Positions 61,233 through 64,000 of a stretch of 64,000 nucleotides of DNA are shown in pieces. Position numbers and translations under genes: made by a program. The stretch's first letter is position 1. Every line of letters starts with the position of its first letter. This DNA comes from Enhydrobacter sp. (GTDB lineage Bacteria > Pseudomonadota > Alphaproteobacteria > Reyranellales > Reyranellaceae), in the NCBI RefSeq assembly GCF_030246845.1, contig NZ_CP126889.1:2586995-2650994 (forward strand). The letters are read 5' to 3'. Below the pieces are notes generated by a model. The model had not been told where the DNA came from, searched no databases, and worked only from the letters and a program-made list of their open reading frames with translations.

Positions 61233-62291
61233 ATGACCTCACGTCCTCCCGTCTCAAGACGGACCATGCTGCGGGCCGGCGCCAGTCTGGCCGCCGCCGC
61301 GTCGTTCGGCGCGCCCGCGATCCTCCATGCCGAGACCAAGACGCTCAAGATCACCACCTGGGGCGGCAAGTGGGGCGACATCATGAAGGGCACGGTCCTG
61401 CCGGCCTTCGAGAAAGAGCATGGCTGCACCGTGTCGGCCGACCAGGCCTTCCCCTATGTGCCCAAGCTGCAGGTGAGCCCCAGGAACGATCCGCTCTACG
61501 ACGTGCTGCACACCAACTCCAACGAGCAGTGGCTCGCGGTCGTCGACGGGCTGGTGATGGACAGGATCACGGCCAAGGAGGTGCCGAACGTCGCCGATGT
61601 CTACCCCTATGCGGTGAGCGACAAGATCGTCGGCGTCTCGATCTTCACCAGCGCGATCGGGCTCGGCTACCGCACCGACAAGGGCATCACGCCGCCCAGG
61701 TCGTGGAAGGACCTGGCCGATCCCAAGCTCGCCGGCGCCCGCGGCGGCTATCTCATCCCGGTGAACAGCCTCGGCCAGTGCCATCTCATGATGCTGGGCA
61801 AGGTCTACGGCAAGGGGCTGCAGGATCTCGACGCCGCCTACAAGGCGCTGGAGCAGCTCAAGCCCATCAAGCTGGTCGATTTCACCGGCCAGATGGAGAA
61901 GATGCTGCTGTCGGGCGAGGTGACCGAGGGCGTCATCCACGATTCCGGCGTTTACCGCTACGACGGCCAGAACCAGCCGGTGGACTTCGCCAGCCCGAGC
62001 GAGGGCGTGATGGCGCTGGAGCAGGTGCTGAACGTGACACCGGGCTCCAAGGTGAAGGAGCTGGCCTTCGCCTACATCGACTACATGCTGCGGCCCGACG
62101 TGCAGAAGCTGCTGGCCGAGGGTGTCTGGTACTCGCCGGCGAACAAGAAGGTGAAGCTCGAGGCCAAGTATGACGCCAAGCTCCTCACCACACCGGCGAA
62201 GGTCGCGACCCTGATCCAGCCCGACTGGAAATGGTACAACGCCCGCAAGGACGATATCGACGCCCGCGTGACGAAGATTCTGAAAGGCTGA
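61233..62291 (+). CDS. ABC transporter substrate-binding protein (PotD-like, Tat signal)
   Basis: SRRTMLR twin-arginine signal, ITTWGG, SWKDL and AFAYIDYML motifs. Confidence 0.88.
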   Translation: MTSRPPVSRRTMLRAGASLAAAASFGAPAILHAETKTLKITTWGGKWGDIMKGTVLPAFEKEHGCTVSADQAFPYVPKLQVSPRNDPLYDVLHTNSNEQWLAVVDGLVMDRITAKEVPNVADVYPYAVSDKIVGVSIFTSAIGLGYRTDKGITPPRSWKDLADPKLAGARGGYLIPVNSLGQCHLMMLGKVYGKGLQDLDAAYKALEQLKPIKLVDFTGQMEKMLLSGEVTEGVIHDSGVYRYDGQNQPVDFASPSEGVMALEQVLNVTPGSKVKELAFAYIDYMLRPDVQKLLAEGVWYSPANKKVKLEAKYDAKLLTTPAKVATLIQPDWKWYNARKDDIDARVTKILKG

Positions 62292-62297
62292 TCGAGG

Positions 62298-62359
62298 GTG
62301 TCATCCCGAGCGCAGCGAGGGATCTTTAAGAGCCCTCGGCCTTCGGCCTCGAATGACAC
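62298..62359. repeat. REP-like hairpin, family C
   Basis: GTGTCATCCCGAGCGCAGCGAGGGATCTTT...CCTCGAATGACAC. Confidence 0.85.
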
Positions 62360-62369
62360 TGTGTAGTGC

Positions 62370-63347
62370 ATGACTTCCGCCGCCATCAAGCTCCAACACG
62401 TCACCAAGACCTTCGACGGCAAGGTGGTTGCCGTCGACGGTGTCACACTCGACATCAGGGCGGGCGAGTTCTTCTCGCTGCTGGGGCCGTCGGGCTGCGG
62501 CAAGACCACGTCGCTGCGCATGATCGCGGGCTTCGAGATGCCCGACACCGGTCGTGTCCATGTCGGCGGCCAGGACATCACAGACGTTCCCGTGCATCGC
62601 CGCGACATGGGCATGGTGTTCCAGTCCTATGCGCTCTTTCCCCATCGCACGGTCGCGGAGAACGTGGCCTTCGGCCTGCGCATGCGCGACGTGCCCAGGC
62701 CCGAGATCGCCAAGCGCGTCGCCGCTGCCCTGGCGCAAGTCGCGTTGACGGGACTTGAGGATCGGCGGCCGGGCCAGCTTTCCGGCGGTCAGCAGCAGCG
62801 CGTGGCGCTGGCGCGGGCGCTGGTGATCGAGCCGCGCGTGCTGCTGTGCGACGAGCCACTGGGCGCGCTCGACCGCAAGCTCCGTCAGCAGATGCAGTTC
62901 GAGCTGAAGGAGCTGCAGCGGCGGCTGGGCGTCACGCTGGTGTTCGTGACGCACGACCAGGAAGAGGCGCTCGCGATGAGCGACCGCATCGCCGTCATGA
63001 ACAAGGGCAGGGTCGAGCAGGTCGGCGCGCCGACCGAGATCTACGAGCGCCCGCGCACCCGCTTCGTCGCCGACTTCATCGGCGAGATCAATCTCCTGGA
63101 CGACGGTCCCCGTCCCGGTGCGCTGCGGCCCGAGAAGATCCGGCTGGTGCCGGCCGCCCAGGCGCGGCTCAGGGGCACGGTCGAGACGGCGAACTTTCTG
63201 GGCGGCGCGACGCTTTATCGTGTGGCGGCGGGCGGTCGCACGTTCCTTGCCCGCGAAACGCATTCCGGCGACCGCAGCCCACGGGCGGCCGGCGATGCGG
63301 TGGGACTTGCCTGGAACGACGCCGACGTGGTGCCGTTGGAATCATAG
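62370..63347 (+). CDS. ABC transporter ATP-binding protein (PotA-like)
   Basis: [22 protein letters not shown] and VTHDQEEA motifs. Confidence 0.92.
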   Translation: MTSAAIKLQHVTKTFDGKVVAVDGVTLDIRAGEFFSLLGPSGCGKTTSLRMIAGFEMPDTGRVHVGGQDITDVPVHRRDMGMVFQSYALFPHRTVAENVAFGLRMRDVPRPEIAKRVAAALAQVALTGLEDRRPGQLSGGQQQRVALARALVIEPRVLLCDEPLGALDRKLRQQMQFELKELQRRLGVTLVFVTHDQEEALAMSDRIAVMNKGRVEQVGAPTEIYERPRTRFVADFIGEINLLDDGPRPGALRPEKIRLVPAAQARLRGTVETANFLGGATLYRVAAGGRTFLARETHSGDRSPRAAGDAVGLAWNDADVVPLES

Positions 63348-63356
63348 GAGGGGAGC

Positions 63357-64000
63357 ATGGGTCGCACTCTCGGCATCGTCACCATCGGTCAGGCGCCGCG
63401 CGACGACATCGCCGCGCTCTTTGCCCGACATGCGCCCGCGAGCACCAGGGTCGTGCTGCGTGGCGCGCTCGACGGGCTGAGCGATGTCGAGGTCGACAAG
63501 CTCAGACCCGAGAGTGGCGGGGATACGCTTTACACGCGCCTGCGCGGCGGCCGCGACGTGAAGATCTCCAAGAAGGCGGTGATCGCCCGCTCGCCGCGAG
63601 CGCTGGCCAGGCTGCGCGAGGACGGCTGCGATGCGATCGTCTATGCCTGCACCGGCGACTTCCCGCCCATGGAAGGCGACGAGGGCGTCCTTTTCCCGTC
63701 TCGCGTCCTGAACGGGCTCGCGACCGGCCTGCTGCCCAAAGGCCGTCTGGGGCTTCTGATCCCGCTTGCCGAGCAGGCCGAGAAGCTCGCCTCCAAATGG
63801 GCGCGTCCGGGACTCGAGGTCGTGGCCGAGGCGCTGGCGCCGAGCGCCGACGCAAAGGAAGCCGACGCGGCGGCACAGCGGCTGGCGGCCAAGAAGCCCG
63901 ACCTCGTCGCCATGGATTGCATGAGCTACACGCCCGCGACCAAGGAGCAGGTGAAGCCGGCGCTCGGCGTGCCGACCTTGCTTGCCATCACGGCGACCGG
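63357..64000 (+). CDS. AroM family protein; C-terminus truncated by the window end
   Basis: Not in the ORF track. MGRTLGIVTIGQAPRDD..GALDGL start, later YACTGDF and MDCMSY. Confidence 0.8.
   Translation, partial: MGRTLGIVTIGQAPRDDIAALFARHAPASTRVVLRGALDGLSDVEVDKLRPESGGDTLYTRLRGGRDVKISKKAVIARSPRALARLREDGCDAIVYACTGDFPPMEGDEGVLFPSRVLNGLATGLLPKGRLGLLIPLAEQAEKLASKWARPGLEVVAEALAPSADAKEADAAAQRLAAKKPDLVAMDCMSYTPATKEQVKPALGVPTLLAITAT

Overview
This is a gene-dense, GC-rich chromosomal window from an alphaproteobacterium. The permuted two-piece tmRNA and the alpha-type SspB support that directly. A Reyranella-like lineage is only an inference, from the Bug and CaiB paralogues and the repeat families. 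Most of the window is housekeeping: typA, class I fumarase, sspB-ssrA/thyX, mrp, hflKC-degP, serB, miaA, ilvBN-lysE-ilvC, mreBCD-mrdA-rodA, tRNA-Lys(CTT), pfkA and prmB. Accessory and catabolic blocks lie between these. They are a mazEF module upstream of mug, an acyl-CoA dehydrogenase/2x CoA-transferase/LMW-PTP operon, a dimethylformamidase-family gene divergent from Bug-PTER-small protein, two Tyr/Gly-rich lipoproteins, and an amidase with a thiolase-like/DUF35/ABC/AroM cluster. I found no transposase, integrase, prophage, CRISPR array, retron or restriction system. The best candidates for undescribed biology are the paired Tyr/Gly-rich lipoproteins, the non-canonical thiolase-DUF35-ABC-AroM cluster, the amide-hydrolase locus with its 49-aa basic protein, the direct-repeat-flanked TA cassette and three families of REP-like palindromes. 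All calls come from reading motifs by eye with no database search, and several start codons were re-chosen relative to the ORF track.
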